A stretch of 63,998 nt of DNA, the filler included, from Stramenopiles sp. TOSAG23-2 (taxonomy: Eukaryota), in the NCBI GenBank assembly GCA_900128395.1. It is 8 parts of 8 records of this genome, joined end to end, with 100 filler letters (N's around TTAATTAATTAA, not from the genome) between each part and the next. Parts side by side here need not be neighbours in the genome. Positions count along the whole stretch, not along the records: positions 8,056 to 16,009 come from LT650258.1; positions 16,110 to 24,046 come from LT650259.1; 6 more parts are not named here. One strand, written 5' to 3'. This document shows, one piece after another, positions 11,655 through 22,963 of this stretch; the first letter of the stretch is position 1; each line of letters opens with the position of its first letter. The notes below the pieces were generated by a model. The model had not been told where the DNA came from and did no database searches. It worked only from the letters and a program-made list of their open reading frames with translations. The translations under genes and the position numbers were made by a program.

Positions 11655-11879
11655 TTATAGCCAACTCATCACACATGTTGTCCTTCCTATAGAAAAAATA
11701 TATATGTATAACTACAAGTAGAATAATCAGTAGGATATTGGCTCTTATACTGATGTGGCTTAGTTTATCCCCATAAGTATATTATTATACAATACATATA
11801 TGTATATATATACAATCCGTGTTCTAAATATTTTTCTTTCCTCCTTGGAAGGTCAGTCACATAAAGAAACGACCCAATA

Positions 11880-13928
11880 ATGGCAACATTTAAAGAACAT
11901 GATATGCCACTACTACCATCAACGTCATCATCTTCCTCTTCTTCTTCTCAGTCTTCGGATTTAGAACAGGAAATTCAAGGCGAACTAAATAAATATAATA
12001 ATAATAATAATACATTGACTGAGAAACAGAAGAAAAAAAAAAGAAAGGAGAAGGAGAAGTTGAAAAAGAACCAAAAAAAGCGTTCAAGAAAGGAGAGAAA
12101 AAAAATGAAGAAGAAGCAGAAAAAAGAGGCGAAGAAGAAAGATAAAGAAGAAAAGAAAAAGAAACGCAAACGTTCAAAAATGGTATCAAAAAATAACAAT
12201 AATAATGGTGGTGAAGACTTCACGGAAGAACGTAGAAAACGAAGAAAAGGCAGTGAAACACATCGAAGCGAAGCAAATGTTTTTGGGTACTCTAATCACA
12301 AAAACCCGTTTAATGATCCCAATTTAAATAAACCATTTGTATGGGGGAAAAAGGATGGTGCAAAAATATTATCAAAAAAAGAATTGCATGAACATCGACT
12401 TGCTGTTGTTGAGGAAGTTGAAAAAGTGAAACGTAGGCGCGAGGAAAGGGAACGAGAACGTGAAGAGCGAGAAAAAGCAATGGAGAAAGCACGTAGAGAA
12501 CGCGAAAGGGAACAAAATGGAAACAATATGGATAATGAGGAGAAATTTCACGCAAATATTTTACGAGAGAAATCATTTAGACGTGTCAATGCTGGATTAC
12601 CTAATATTGTCGATTTGTTTGTTAATAATATAATAAAATTACAAAAATTAAGTGTAAATGTGGAAGAATATAAAATTGATATCAAAGCAAAGAATATTGA
12701 ACATTGTATATTTGAACTATATATGCAACCACCAATTGATATCATAAAAAAGATCCAACCAGATGAGTTATTTGATTTATATTTTAAATTAGAAGATCTG
12801 GAAAGATCAGAATCAACCGATTCATATCGTACATTTTATTATGCCATTAAATGTTTAATATATAAACGTGCAATTGAATTAGGAATATCAATATATGATG
12901 AGCAACAAAATGATGGGATCTCATCATTACATGATAACGCTAGTACCGATATCCATGAATCTGTAACTGCTAGTGTGACGGCACTACTAGATAATAAGCG
13001 AAAAACAGAATTGCTAAAATTACGTGCTGAGATGATAGGTGTTAGTGACATTGCAACTAATAATAACGATAATAATAATAATAATGGTGATATAAATGAT
13101 GGTTTTAAAACAGAAGTTTTGAAACAAATTGAAACACGATTAAATATTATTGATGTTACTAAAATACATAAAGAAATTATCAATTCTCATCAAAAACTAA
13201 TGAATGAATATATACAACTGTATACAGAGCGAAATTTAAGTGAACATAGCGGTGAAATCAATCACGCTGTACTAAATAAAATAGTTCAAACACAACTATC
13301 TATATATCCATTGTCAATGACTGATGAAAATGGCATGCCGATGAATAACAATAGCCAACAAACGAATGGTAATAGTTTATACGATGGGAGTGGATCTAAC
13401 ATGATGAATGGCTCAAATGCAGATCCTAATATTACAAATAATAAATTTGAAGAGGCTATGACCATTTTAAGACAAGAAGCAGAACTAGAGAAAGAAGATA
13501 CTGGCTTTGGTGCTGCTGTAGAAGTTTTAATAACGAATCACCAAGGGTTGCCTTGGGCAGAAAAATATGCACCTCGAAAACCGAAATATTTCAATCGTGT
13601 ACGTTCTGGATTTGATTGGAGTGGGTACAATCGTACGCATTACGACACTGACAACCCACCACCAAAAATAGTTCAAGGATATAAATTTAATATATTTTAT
13701 CCTGATTTAATTAATCCAAAGATAACACCTACCTATCGCTTGGCACCTGCCAATGATCAAGATTTTTGTATTATTCATTTTTCCGCTGGTCCACCATACG
13801 AAGATATTGCATTTCGTATTGTAAATAAAGAATGGGCTAAAGGCAAAAGGCGTGGTTTTAGATGTACATTTGATCGTGGAATCTTGCAATTGCATTTTAA
13901 TTTTACGCGAACGAGGTATAGAAGGTAA
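11880..13928 (+). CDS. CACTIN: Cactin (spliceosome-associated)
   Basis: FGYSNHKNPFNDPNLNKPFVWGKK motif, coiled coil, and the C-terminal cactin domain (PRKPKYFNRVRSGFDW...YNRTHYDTDNPPPKIVQGYKFNIFYPDL...RYRR). Confidence 0.95.
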   Translation: MATFKEHDMPLLPSTSSSSSSSSQSSDLEQEIQGELNKYNNNNNTLTEKQKKKKRKEKEKLKKNQKKRSRKERKKMKKKQKKEAKKKDKEEKKKKRKRSKMVSKNNNNNGGEDFTEERRKRRKGSETHRSEANVFGYSNHKNPFNDPNLNKPFVWGKKDGAKILSKKELHEHRLAVVEEVEKVKRRREEREREREEREKAMEKARREREREQNGNNMDNEEKFHANILREKSFRRVNAGLPNIVDLFVNNIIKLQKLSVNVEEYKIDIKAKNIEHCIFELYMQPPIDIIKKIQPDELFDLYFKLEDLERSESTDSYRTFYYAIKCLIYKRAIELGISIYDEQQNDGISSLHDNASTDIHESVTASVTALLDNKRKTELLKLRAEMIGVSDIATNNNDNNNNNGDINDGFKTEVLKQIETRLNIIDVTKIHKEIINSHQKLMNEYIQLYTERNLSEHSGEINHAVLNKIVQTQLSIYPLSMTDENGMPMNNNSQQTNGNSLYDGSGSNMMNGSNADPNITNNKFEEAMTILRQEAELEKEDTGFGAAVEVLITNHQGLPWAEKYAPRKPKYFNRVRSGFDWSGYNRTHYDTDNPPPKIVQGYKFNIFYPDLINPKITPTYRLAPANDQDFCIIHFSAGPPYEDIAFRIVNKEWAKGKRRGFRCTFDRGILQLHFNFTRTRYRR

Positions 13929-14822
13929 ACAGCTATGTTATTTAATTACTGGCGCTTTCTAATTTCAGCAAAATTTACAAATACGAAATGCAGCAATGAT
14001 GGCTAATATTGTCTTTTGTACGGTTAAAATCCGTGATGAGAAGAATGTATAGTGGGGGTATATCAATACGATTTAAATATAATATCATATTTAGTATGAT
14101 AAATATTGATTTATATCATATAATATATATCTCATATAGGAAAAACGAGGAATCTTTAAAAAAAAACATGGGTCATAAAAATTTAATATTACAGTATTTA
14201 AGCTAGAGAGCGTCGTGTGTTCCGACTATATTTAAGCTTAATTTTACACAAAAAGGCGAACAATTTGGATTTCCTTTTTTACAATGTAATAATGGTTTTA
14301 ATACAATAATACGCACATTCCGAACTAGCAAGTGCCATACCTGTGCTGTGTCCCTGCTAATTACGCCAGAATAAAGTACAATAATTTAGTATATTGATTC
14401 AAGTATGTCGCCTATCAAACACGGCTCATAATCAAAAATTTTGAGTTATATCAATGCTATACTGTACTATTTGGAATAATTATAGTCTAATAATAACAAT
14501 CGCTAACAACAACAACAACATCAGGGAGAACAATATACGACTATAATAATTAATAACAACAATATAATAATAATAAATAATGACGACTATAATAATTAAT
14601 AACAACAAAATAATAATAATAAATAATAAAACATGATGTAGTATAATAAAATAAAATCTATATATTAACATACCAAGAAAACATATCGAATATTATATTT
14701 AGATACTTACAAACATCCTTGAATGACCATGCAACGTAGGAGCAACAGGGGTGTTAATTAAATCAGCATCAAATCAACTTTGCGCTGTTTCTCAAACAAC
14801 ATACATCGTAACATCTAATATT

Positions 14823-15716
14823 ATGGTTACATTTACATATACACATGAAGAAGAAAAACATCATCAAACTGTCGTTGTAAAAAATATCATATTTCATTCT
14901 AGTATTGTATTTTTATTTGCATATTTTGCTAATAAAATGGCAATATCTAATCTATACGACTATCAGTTAAATACAAATTCATCAAAAGTTATATTTTCAT
15001 TTTTGATGATGTTCCAAATATCGTATGCGTGGTATGTCTTACTAACATCGATGAAAGATAAAGTACAGGATGGTAATTACCATTGCAAAGAAATGGTAGG
15101 GCACTTTTGTTTTTTAACACATATAACATTTTCTGTATTGACTACTTATACAACTTTTAACTTTACGATACATTTTGCTAGATACGTTGGTATAAATGCG
15201 CCCATAATTGATGGAACTGGGTACATGTTAAATTGCATATGTCTACCAGTCAATACTTTAGGATTAACCGTTACGTTTTTATTTCTAAAATTGTGCTTTT
15301 TTGAAGAAAACTGGAGAATAATGATGAAGATAATAGAAAAACGCATTCCGACTATTTTGAACAGTCAATTGGTAACACATTTAATACCATTGGTCCACGC
15401 AACGTTTGACATGTTCATCTTTCGAGATTGTAAAGCTGTGTTAAAGCTTACCGGTTCTGTTTATACATTGATGAAAATATTTGGAATAATTGGTATTACG
15501 TTTGAAATTTACCTTGAGACACTTTGTTATTTCAATGGTGGTTTCTATCCTTACCCTGTTTTGTATAAATTGAATACACTTCAAAAAAAAATAATATTCG
15601 TTATTGTTGTTTGGCTTTTTACATCCTTCCTAGCTCTACATGTAGCTGAGCTGGCTGGCCCAGCTAGCCAGCCGGGCCAGCTGGGCCAGCTACGTAGCTC
15701 AGCTTTTATATTTTAG
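14823..15716 (+). CDS. FAR-17a/AIG1/ADTRP-like multipass membrane protein
   Basis: GHFCFLTH resembles the catalytic Thr motif; also THLIPL (His) and GGFYPYPVL, with about 6-7 TM segments. First ATG at 14823. The C-terminus overlaps a GC-rich hairpin. Confidence 0.6.
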   Translation: MVTFTYTHEEEKHHQTVVVKNIIFHSSIVFLFAYFANKMAISNLYDYQLNTNSSKVIFSFLMMFQISYAWYVLLTSMKDKVQDGNYHCKEMVGHFCFLTHITFSVLTTYTTFNFTIHFARYVGINAPIIDGTGYMLNCICLPVNTLGLTVTFLFLKLCFFEENWRIMMKIIEKRIPTILNSQLVTHLIPLVHATFDMFIFRDCKAVLKLTGSVYTLMKIFGIIGITFEIYLETLCYFNGGFYPYPVLYKLNTLQKKIIFVIVVWLFTSFLALHVAELAGPASQPGQLGQLRSSAFIF

Positions 15717-16009
15717 CATGTGTGGTTCTCACGTGAAGCACGTAATTAAGGGGGAGACACCATTACACGTATAGTGTGTCGTAAAAAAATTATTACCTTT
15801 GCTAATCAGCTACTAATAGCAAATAGCCGCCAGGCACTGGGCCAGCCCGGCCAGCCTAGAAGCACATATATAAGGCCACAGGCTTTCTCTGGACACCAGA
15901 GGCATTTCCTGGTCCAAATCTACTAATACGTTTTCCACAGGCCAGCAGGCTGGCAGGCTCTGGCAGGCCAAAAAACTTTTATGAAGAAACTGGCAAAACA
16001 ATTTTTAAA

Positions 16010-16109
16010 NNNNNNNNNNNNNNNNNNNNNNNNNNNNNNNNNNNNNNNNNNNNTTAATTAATTAANNNNNNNNNNNNNNNNNNNNNNNNNNNNNNNNNNN
16101 NNNNNNNNN
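16010..16109. other. Artificial contig spacer
   Basis: N44-TTAATTAATTAA-N44. Confidence 0.97.
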
Positions 16110-16237
16110 TGAAATATATAGTTTTTAAAAAATATGAAAAAAAATTTGGCAAAACCCCAAAAAATATACCATAAAAATCAGGGAAATATGTAATTTTTTT
16201 GAAAAAACAGGTAAAAAAAGAGAAAAAAGCGTAATTT

Positions 16238-16410
16238 AACGGAGAAAACTTTTGTGATATTTGTAAAGTTGTAATACTATTTCCACTCTAAACGGAGAAA
16301 ACTGAGATATAGACAAAATTATTTTTGAAGAAGAAATAAAAAAAAACAATTTTACTCATTTCATCTTTATAGTTTGGTCACTGTTATATCTCCGCTTTCT
16401 CCGTTTCATA
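16238..16410. repeat. Dispersed hairpin-forming repeat, copy 1
   Basis: gtaatactatttccactctaaacggagaaaactgagatatagac... is shared with 18700..18870. Internal IR: aaacggagaaaactgagatata (16290) pairs with tatatctccgctttctccgttt (to 16406). Confidence 0.7.
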
Positions 16411-16464
16411 GATATATATCTATTAATAAACAATATAAAAAATAATTATTATAACTTTATATAA

Positions 16465-16677
16465 ATGGGTAAAATAAAACAAATAGTAATAGAGGAAATG
16501 AATAAAACACCTCCTTTACAATATTTACAAGAGCATTTAGACTCAGCGATTCAACAGAGAGATAAATTATTTTTTGAAAATGAAAAATTAAAGGAAAAGC
16601 TAAGAAAACAAAAAGGAACAACAGCAGTTTATAAACATCTTTATCAGTTGCAGTTGATGAAAAATACCAAATATTAA
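16465..16677 (+). CDS. Small coiled-coil hypothetical protein
   Basis: 70-aa ATG-started ORF, Lys/Glu-rich; its 3' end overlaps the convergent ORF. Confidence 0.4.
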   Translation: MGKIKQIVIEEMNKTPPLQYLQEHLDSAIQQRDKLFFENEKLKEKLRKQKGTTAVYKHLYQLQLMKNTKY

Positions 16678-16949
16678 TTATGCACACTATTCACAACCTT
16701 CTGACCTTCTTTAAACGATAATTTAGCCATTTTACAAAATTCAATAAAGACTTTGTTAGTAATATGTAGGCTATTATCACTACATTCAAATAAACATTTT
16801 AACAATTCGCTAAATTTTTTAAATGTTTTATATTTCCCATCAGAGTTTTGATATTTTTTGAAATATTGCATGTTGTTTTCCTCCTTCTCTTTTGATATAG
16901 CTTTAGCGTATAGCTTATCAATGTGATGTTGTTGTGTTTTTTCACTCAT
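16674..16949 (-). CDS. Small hypothetical protein
   Basis: Basic ORF (MSEKTQQHH... from ATG 16949; the track extends to 17060). No recognised family. Confidence 0.35.
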   Translation of the reverse strand: MSEKTQQHHIDKLYAKAISKEKEENNMQYFKKYQNSDGKYKTFKKFSELLKCLFECSDNSLHITNKVFIEFCKMAKLSFKEGQKVVNSVHN

Positions 16950-17278
16950 ATATATATCAACAATAAAAAAATCTACCTTGAGAACGTCAAGGTACATTGG
17001 TAAATATAAAATTGAATTAATTGTTATCATGTTAAAATAATTTAAATATGAGCTTGACACGAGTTAGCCGAAAATTTTAGTAATATATTGATTATCTTGG
17101 AATATACGAAATATTGCCAAAATCCTGGAACACACCATCCAATATATCAATATTTTCCACATATATATGGATAGTTATATATACATACATGTATATGCTG
17201 TATAACTTACATGTGGCTGGGAAACAAAAGAAACACTTCTAAACTCATATTATAGAAATTCAAAGGTAGCCAATATCG

Positions 17279-18502
17279 ATGGATATGCCAAAGAAAGAGA
17301 TTCAAACAATAGCGACGACAAAAAAAGCAGGTAATACTTTGAGTAATATCACAACATTATTAATTATATTTTTACTATTTTTTTCAGGACTTTGGTTGTA
17401 TTCTTTAACATCATCAACTTTAATACCAAAACGTCATGACATGATGGATCATCAACAACATGGTTTGAAAAAACGTGCACGTACAAAGTGTAATGCAATT
17501 AAACCATGTGATTGCTATCAGCGTAAGAAATCCTGTTTATGTGCAAAGGGATCAGATATTGGTGAGGGATGTGTTGAAACAGCATGTTCGTGGATTGTAA
17601 ATGATCAAAAGAAACATACCGGACAATGTAGAGAATGTTCACCAAGAGATTGTGAAGCTTGCATGACAAATGAAAAATGTAGGGTTGCTGGTCATAACAA
17701 TAGTTTTTGCAAATGGATGGAAGACACTGAAGGAGGTAACTCAACATGTCAATCCGTTTGTTCTATTTACAATTGTAATCTATGCAATACATATGAACGT
17801 TGTCATACAAAATCGACATGTGCATGGGATGGGAAACAATGCCATGCAAAATGTAGTGATCATAACTGTCATGGATGCGATACGCGTAAGGCATGTGAAA
17901 ATACTGCACATGAATGTCTTTGGGACGAAAAAAGTGAATTTTGTACAATGCCTGGGCTTGTATCAAGTGTAAAAAATGGATTTGGGTGTTGGACAGTTGA
18001 TACAATTCGTTTATGTCAAAAAGCAGTATCAACCTCCGGTGAAAAATGCAAATGGAGCACCGATGACAATACATGTACTGGCGAAAATAGTGAGTTGATA
18101 AGTCCATATCATGGAAATGTCTATAATGTTGATGATATGCAATTCGAAAGAATAGATCGTGTAGCAGGGAATTTGATGTTAGAATCAACGAGTAGTAATT
18201 CTTTTAACAATATTGGTAATGAAGTCAATCTTGCAATTCAATATTATAAATGGAGTAGTCTTCAAGTGGTATATGGCGATTTGTACATTCGCCACAACAA
18301 AGATCTGAAGGAATTATCCATAAGTGAGATGACATTTATACATGGGAACGTTTATTTAGAGGACAATCCTAAACTAGCAATAATAAATTATAATGAAAAC
18401 TTGATCATACATGGCTGTGTGGAAATAACTGAATGTCCAAATTTGACAGCAGAAACTATTAATTTTTTCTTTTTAGCACAAGATAAAAAATTGTGCAAGT
18501 AG
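17279..18502 (+). CDS. Type II membrane Cys-rich protein with a C-terminal receptor-L-domain-like beta-solenoid
   Basis: N-terminal TM segment, about 5 C-x2-C...C-x-W repeats (PSI-like), then GDLYIRHNKDL / GNVYLEDNPKL / GCVEITECPNL repeats. Confidence 0.6.
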   Translation: MDMPKKEIQTIATTKKAGNTLSNITTLLIIFLLFFSGLWLYSLTSSTLIPKRHDMMDHQQHGLKKRARTKCNAIKPCDCYQRKKSCLCAKGSDIGEGCVETACSWIVNDQKKHTGQCRECSPRDCEACMTNEKCRVAGHNNSFCKWMEDTEGGNSTCQSVCSIYNCNLCNTYERCHTKSTCAWDGKQCHAKCSDHNCHGCDTRKACENTAHECLWDEKSEFCTMPGLVSSVKNGFGCWTVDTIRLCQKAVSTSGEKCKWSTDDNTCTGENSELISPYHGNVYNVDDMQFERIDRVAGNLMLESTSSNSFNNIGNEVNLAIQYYKWSSLQVVYGDLYIRHNKDLKELSISEMTFIHGNVYLEDNPKLAIINYNENLIIHGCVEITECPNLTAETINFFFLAQDKKLCK

Positions 18503-18699
18503 TGAAAAATACACGTGTAATGATAATATATATAATATATTATGCATATAATCATTTGTATTTATGTATAAGTATAAACTTTTTTGTGGTTGAAAACGAA
18601 GTGGAAAAAGGCAGTAGTGTAAGTATAAAAAGGTGTAGTGGATAAAGGCTATATAAAAGGTGTAATTAGCCCGTTATCAAGAGCGGATTTTATTAAAAG

Positions 18700-18870
18700 G
18701 GCGGAGAAAACTATTGGAATTTTCATTAATTCGTAATACTATTTCCATTCTAAACGGAGAAAACTGAGATATAGACAGAATTATTTTGGAAGAATAAAAT
18801 AAAAAAAAAATTATTTTTAAAAAACATTCATTATAGTTTTGTTTGCTCTATATCTCCGTAATCTCCGTAA
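18700..18870. repeat. Dispersed hairpin-forming repeat, copy 2
   Basis: Diverged direct copy of 16238..16410 with the same internal inverted repeat. Confidence 0.7.
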
Positions 18871-19011
18871 ATATCTGGCTTTATCCAGTTGCTATTTTAA
18901 AAAATAATGATTAGACTTTATCCAGTCACTATTTTTTCGTCAAAAAACAGCCGATTTGCCTAATTTTATCATACTTTTTCTTATAATTATTCGATCCATT
19001 GTAAATAAAAA

Positions 19012-19323
19012 TTAACTATTTTTTTTAGTGTTCGCTTTTTTAAGCTTTTCTTTAAGCTTTTCTTCAATCTTTTTAAGCTCTTTTTTAATCTCTTTAATTT
19101 CTTTAATTTCATTACTAATTTTATCCTTGTTGCAACATAAACAATTGCATGTCTTCTGTAAAATGTAATAACCCCAATAAAAAACCAATAGAGGAGCCCC
19201 ATGTGAGCCAATATATTCCATATGTGGTTTTTTATAAAGTCTACCAACTACACCTATTACGAAGAGGATTATTAGTCCTAACCCTAACCCAACTAAAGCA
19301 CGCCAAAAGTCGTGTGTGTTCAT
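19012..19323 (-). CDS. Small 2-TM protein with a C-terminal coiled coil
   Basis: 103 aa; two hydrophobic segments, a CNCLCC cluster and EIK repeats. Confidence 0.5.
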   Translation of the reverse strand: MNTHDFWRALVGLGLGLIILFVIGVVGRLYKKPHMEYIGSHGAPLLVFYWGYYILQKTCNCLCCNKDKISNEIKEIKEIKKELKKIEEKLKEKLKKANTKKNS

Positions 19324-19405
19324 TTTGATGTCTTTTTGTTTATTTTCTCAATTGCATTATATTGTTTATTTTTTATTCTAATATTTATGATAGCTCCAAA
19401 TTACC

Positions 19406-19740
19406 TATATATATAATAGTCCCTGGACAACCCGCGGTCAATTTTCGCCTGGGAAAATCCAAATATAAAACTTAAAAATCTCACTTGAAGAAACCCAAAA
19501 ATTCGTTAAAAAAATTGAAAGATTCCTTAAAAATATTAAGGTGTTAAGTAATTATAAACAAAAACGGGGGAATGGTGTTTGTATGCTAAAATGGTAATGA
19601 TAATTGCCTGTAAAAATAATTAATAGGTAAATATAATGGTAAAATTAACAGGTAAATAGGACTAATAAATGGAAGTTGGATGGGTTGGCGAAAATTGGCG
19701 AAAATTGACCGCGGGTTGTCCAGGGACTATTATATATATA
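19406..19740. mobile_element. MITE with perfect 44-bp inverted ends in a (TA)n context
   Basis: tatatatataatagtccctggacaacccgcggtcaattttcgcc (19406..19449) is the exact reverse complement of 19697..19740. The interior is AT-rich and non-coding. Confidence 0.85.
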
Positions 19741-19877
19741 CTAAATATACTAATACTAAATTCAATACTGATGTAACAACAACAACAACAACAATTAATA
19801 ACAATAATAATAAATCCACCATCACCACCATCATCATCAGTAGTAATAATAGTAATATTAGTAATAACGACAAACAG

Positions 19878-20804
19878 ATGTCTGGATTAGTAATACAAAC
19901 GATTAATAATAACAACAACAATAATAACACTCATGTACTTGCAGATAATAAACATTTAAAATGTGAATTAAGTGGAATAGTATTGGCATCGTTGCAAACA
20001 GACATTACGTTAGAAGATAGTCTATTAGAAGGATTGTTTTTTGGAAAACGTACGTTGATCATGGAAAATAAAGTCAGTGATTCACAAGTAGCGAAACAAA
20101 TTTCAAAAAAAAATATACGTATATGGAATTATATTGTTACAGGTAATAGTGGATATAGTTTTTATGATTTAAAAGGTAATATTGATGTAAATAAATTAAA
20201 TGAACTGGAACAAAAATACAATAAAAATATTGTAGGATGGTTTACAACAAGACCACAAGGTGATGGATCAAATAATAATAATAATATTATGCAACCATCA
20301 TTACGTGAATTTACTGTACAAAACAATTTATCAAAATACATTATAGAAAAAAAAGAAGAAACAAATAATACAAATGGTTCCAATCATTTAAATTCTTATG
20401 TCCCATCGATCTTTGCAATGTTTCAATCGTATATGGAAACTGGTAGCAATACACCAATGCATCATTTTAAATATAAATTTCATCATTCACTACCTCAAAC
20501 ACAAATTCAACCAATCTTAATTAAAATCATCACTAGTGAAATCGATACAAAGGAAGAATATACAAAATATACAACATCATCGACATTATCATCATGTTCA
20601 ACGGAATTATATGAACAAATGGAAACACATTTCAAGGTGAAGAATAATTCAAAAACAGAAACAGAAATTATCCTTGAACGTTTATTAAATGATTTAAATG
20701 TAATGTGTAATGATAATATTAATGAAAACGATGAAAAAGAATTGTTTCAATTATTAGATGAGATACAACATATTAAAAATGGTCCTATCGAAGAAACATT
20801 TTAA
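19878..20804 (+). CDS. Abraxas/ABRO1 (FAM175) MPN- domain protein, BRCA1-A/BRISC complex subunit
   Basis: EGLFFG...VSDSQ...SFYDLKGNID...IVGWF...QPSLRE pattern. Start placed at ATG 19878 because the upstream extension runs into the MITE TIR. Confidence 0.8.
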   Translation: MSGLVIQTINNNNNNNNTHVLADNKHLKCELSGIVLASLQTDITLEDSLLEGLFFGKRTLIMENKVSDSQVAKQISKKNIRIWNYIVTGNSGYSFYDLKGNIDVNKLNELEQKYNKNIVGWFTTRPQGDGSNNNNNIMQPSLREFTVQNNLSKYIIEKKEETNNTNGSNHLNSYVPSIFAMFQSYMETGSNTPMHHFKYKFHHSLPQTQIQPILIKIITSEIDTKEEYTKYTTSSTLSSCSTELYEQMETHFKVKNNSKTETEIILERLLNDLNVMCNDNINENDEKELFQLLDEIQHIKNGPIEETF

Positions 20805-21479
20805 TATCATAGAAGATACATTCGTATACGATGAAAGAATGGTTGCGATTGTATAAATGATTTTGTTGTTTACTGATGGGAGATGATAGTTGGCAAAGGA
20901 AGAAGCGAGTGGATGATGTAAGATTGATGCCACGATCAGTTATGTGTGTTGTTCATATCTCATATCTATAGTCAATTTCAATTTGTTTATTGTGATAAAT
21001 GCAAATGATATTATATGTAGAAGATACATTCGTACGATGAAAGAATGGTTGCGATTGTATAAATAGTTTTATTGTTTACTGATGGGAGATGATAGTTGGC
21101 AAAGGAAGAAGCGAGTGGATGATGTAAGATTGATGCCACGATCAGTTATGTGTGTTGTTCATATCTCATATATCTACAGCAGTAGAGTGGTAGTCTCTCT
21201 CTTCAGTCGAGAGAGTTTTGAGAGTCCATTTAAATTTTATATAATAAAATAAATGTAATATGATACAAGTCTTTTTTTAATTTAATATTAAATATAAAAT
21301 ATAAAATAATATATAATAATCTACAATAGTACAAGCATATTATTGGAACACAACGAATATTACTTAAACAGCGTATATATATATATATATAATATTCAAT
21401 ACATACGAGATAAGCGTTATACATATTTATTGGTTAACAATATATATACATAAGTATACACATATATCATAAATAGATA

Positions 21480-22774
21480 ATGTTTACCCCACAACAATTA
21501 GTATGGAATGGACAATTACCAGTAAGATTTGATTTAGCTAGTAATGAAGTGACGACATATCAAGCACCACGTCCACTGTTTGTAATGATACCACGTGTCT
21601 CGTATTTTCCATTGCTATTAGCACGCGTCGTTGAATATTTTGAAAAATATGCACCACCAATGCTTGGTGTCGGTAGTGATGATGCTCAAAGCCACAACAA
21701 TTAGTATGGAATGGACAATTACCAGTAAGATTTGATTTAGCTAGTAATGAAGTGACGACATATCAAGCACCACGTCCACTGTTTGTAATGATACCACGTG
21801 TCTCGTATTTTCCATTGCTGTTAGCACGTGTCGTTGAATATTTTGAAAAATATGCACCACCAATGCTTGGTGTCGGTAGGGATGATGCTCAAAGGAAACG
21901 TATACGAAATGTATGGTTTGAAAGTAATGGGATACCATTACGATGGCATTTACCTGTTGGTGTATTATATGATGTATTAATGAAACCAAAACAATGTCAA
22001 TTAGAAGAAGAAGAACATATGAATGATACTACAAATAATAACAATAACAACAATACAATCTTACCTTGGAAAATTGTTGTGCATTTTCAATCGTTTCCAG
22101 AACAACAAATTGTTCGATTTGATGGATTAGATTCCGTACGTTGGAATTTCATGAGTGATTTGAAACAAGCAATGTACGTACGTTTACGTTCATCAAAATC
22201 TGTATTAGATTTACCAAAACAAGAGCAAGAACAAATGTGGGAAGGTTTGAAAATAAATGATAGTTTAAAATTTTGGCAAATCAATAGTAAATTAATTGGT
22301 GGTAGTGGTAGTAATAATAATGATGAGATACAAATGGATGATTCCAAAAATGGTAATGATAATAAAAATAATACCAAATTGCAACGATTACCAATACGAA
22401 TACTTGTTGTAACAACTTTAAATAATAAAAAACAAAATGATAATAATTCACCTTTATCAATTAATAATGGTATGAATTCAAATGATGATTTTAATATATA
22501 TCAAAGACCTATTAATGCATATCAAACAACAAACGATGGGACAACATTAGATTTTACAAAACCAAATTGTATCGGCCATGCATTAATTGAATGTGTACCA
22601 AAATATTTAAATTACACATTAAATGATATTGTTAAAGAAAATGAAAATAATAAATTACGTTTTATAATACACGGTATTGAAGTATCACCATTTGATAATT
22701 TAATAAAAGCATGTGATATATTACCTCATGCGGATAATTTTTTATATTTAATCATAATAGATAATGTTGTTTAA
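21480..22774 (+). CDS. ATG5: Autophagy protein ATG5, split by a 203-bp tandem duplication
   Basis: VWNGQLPV...IPRVSYFPL, WFESNGIPLRWHLPVGVLYD, LPWKIVVHF, HGIE...HADNFLY. Removing one copy of 21489..21691/21692..21894 restores a single ORF. Confidence 0.9.
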
Positions 22775-22963
22775 TAAAATATGGTGGTGGTGGTGGGATG
22801 GTGGGCGAGAACACCATGTACATTTAATTCAGAAACATTTGTTACAAAAATATTTTTTTTTAAAATAAAATAAAACAAACTCTCGTCCTCCCTTTCTTCA
22901 TTCAAATTAGTCTTTCACACATTATATAGAGATGGATCATATCCCATATATATATAACACCAC

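Noticed and set aside
19275-19292. CCTAACCCTAACCC telomere-like motif
   Set aside because: Only about 2 units, and it encodes GLGLGL within a TM helix.
21480-21894. ATG5 pseudogene or frameshift
   Set aside because: Explained by a 203-bp allele-like duplication; the reconstructed gene is intact.
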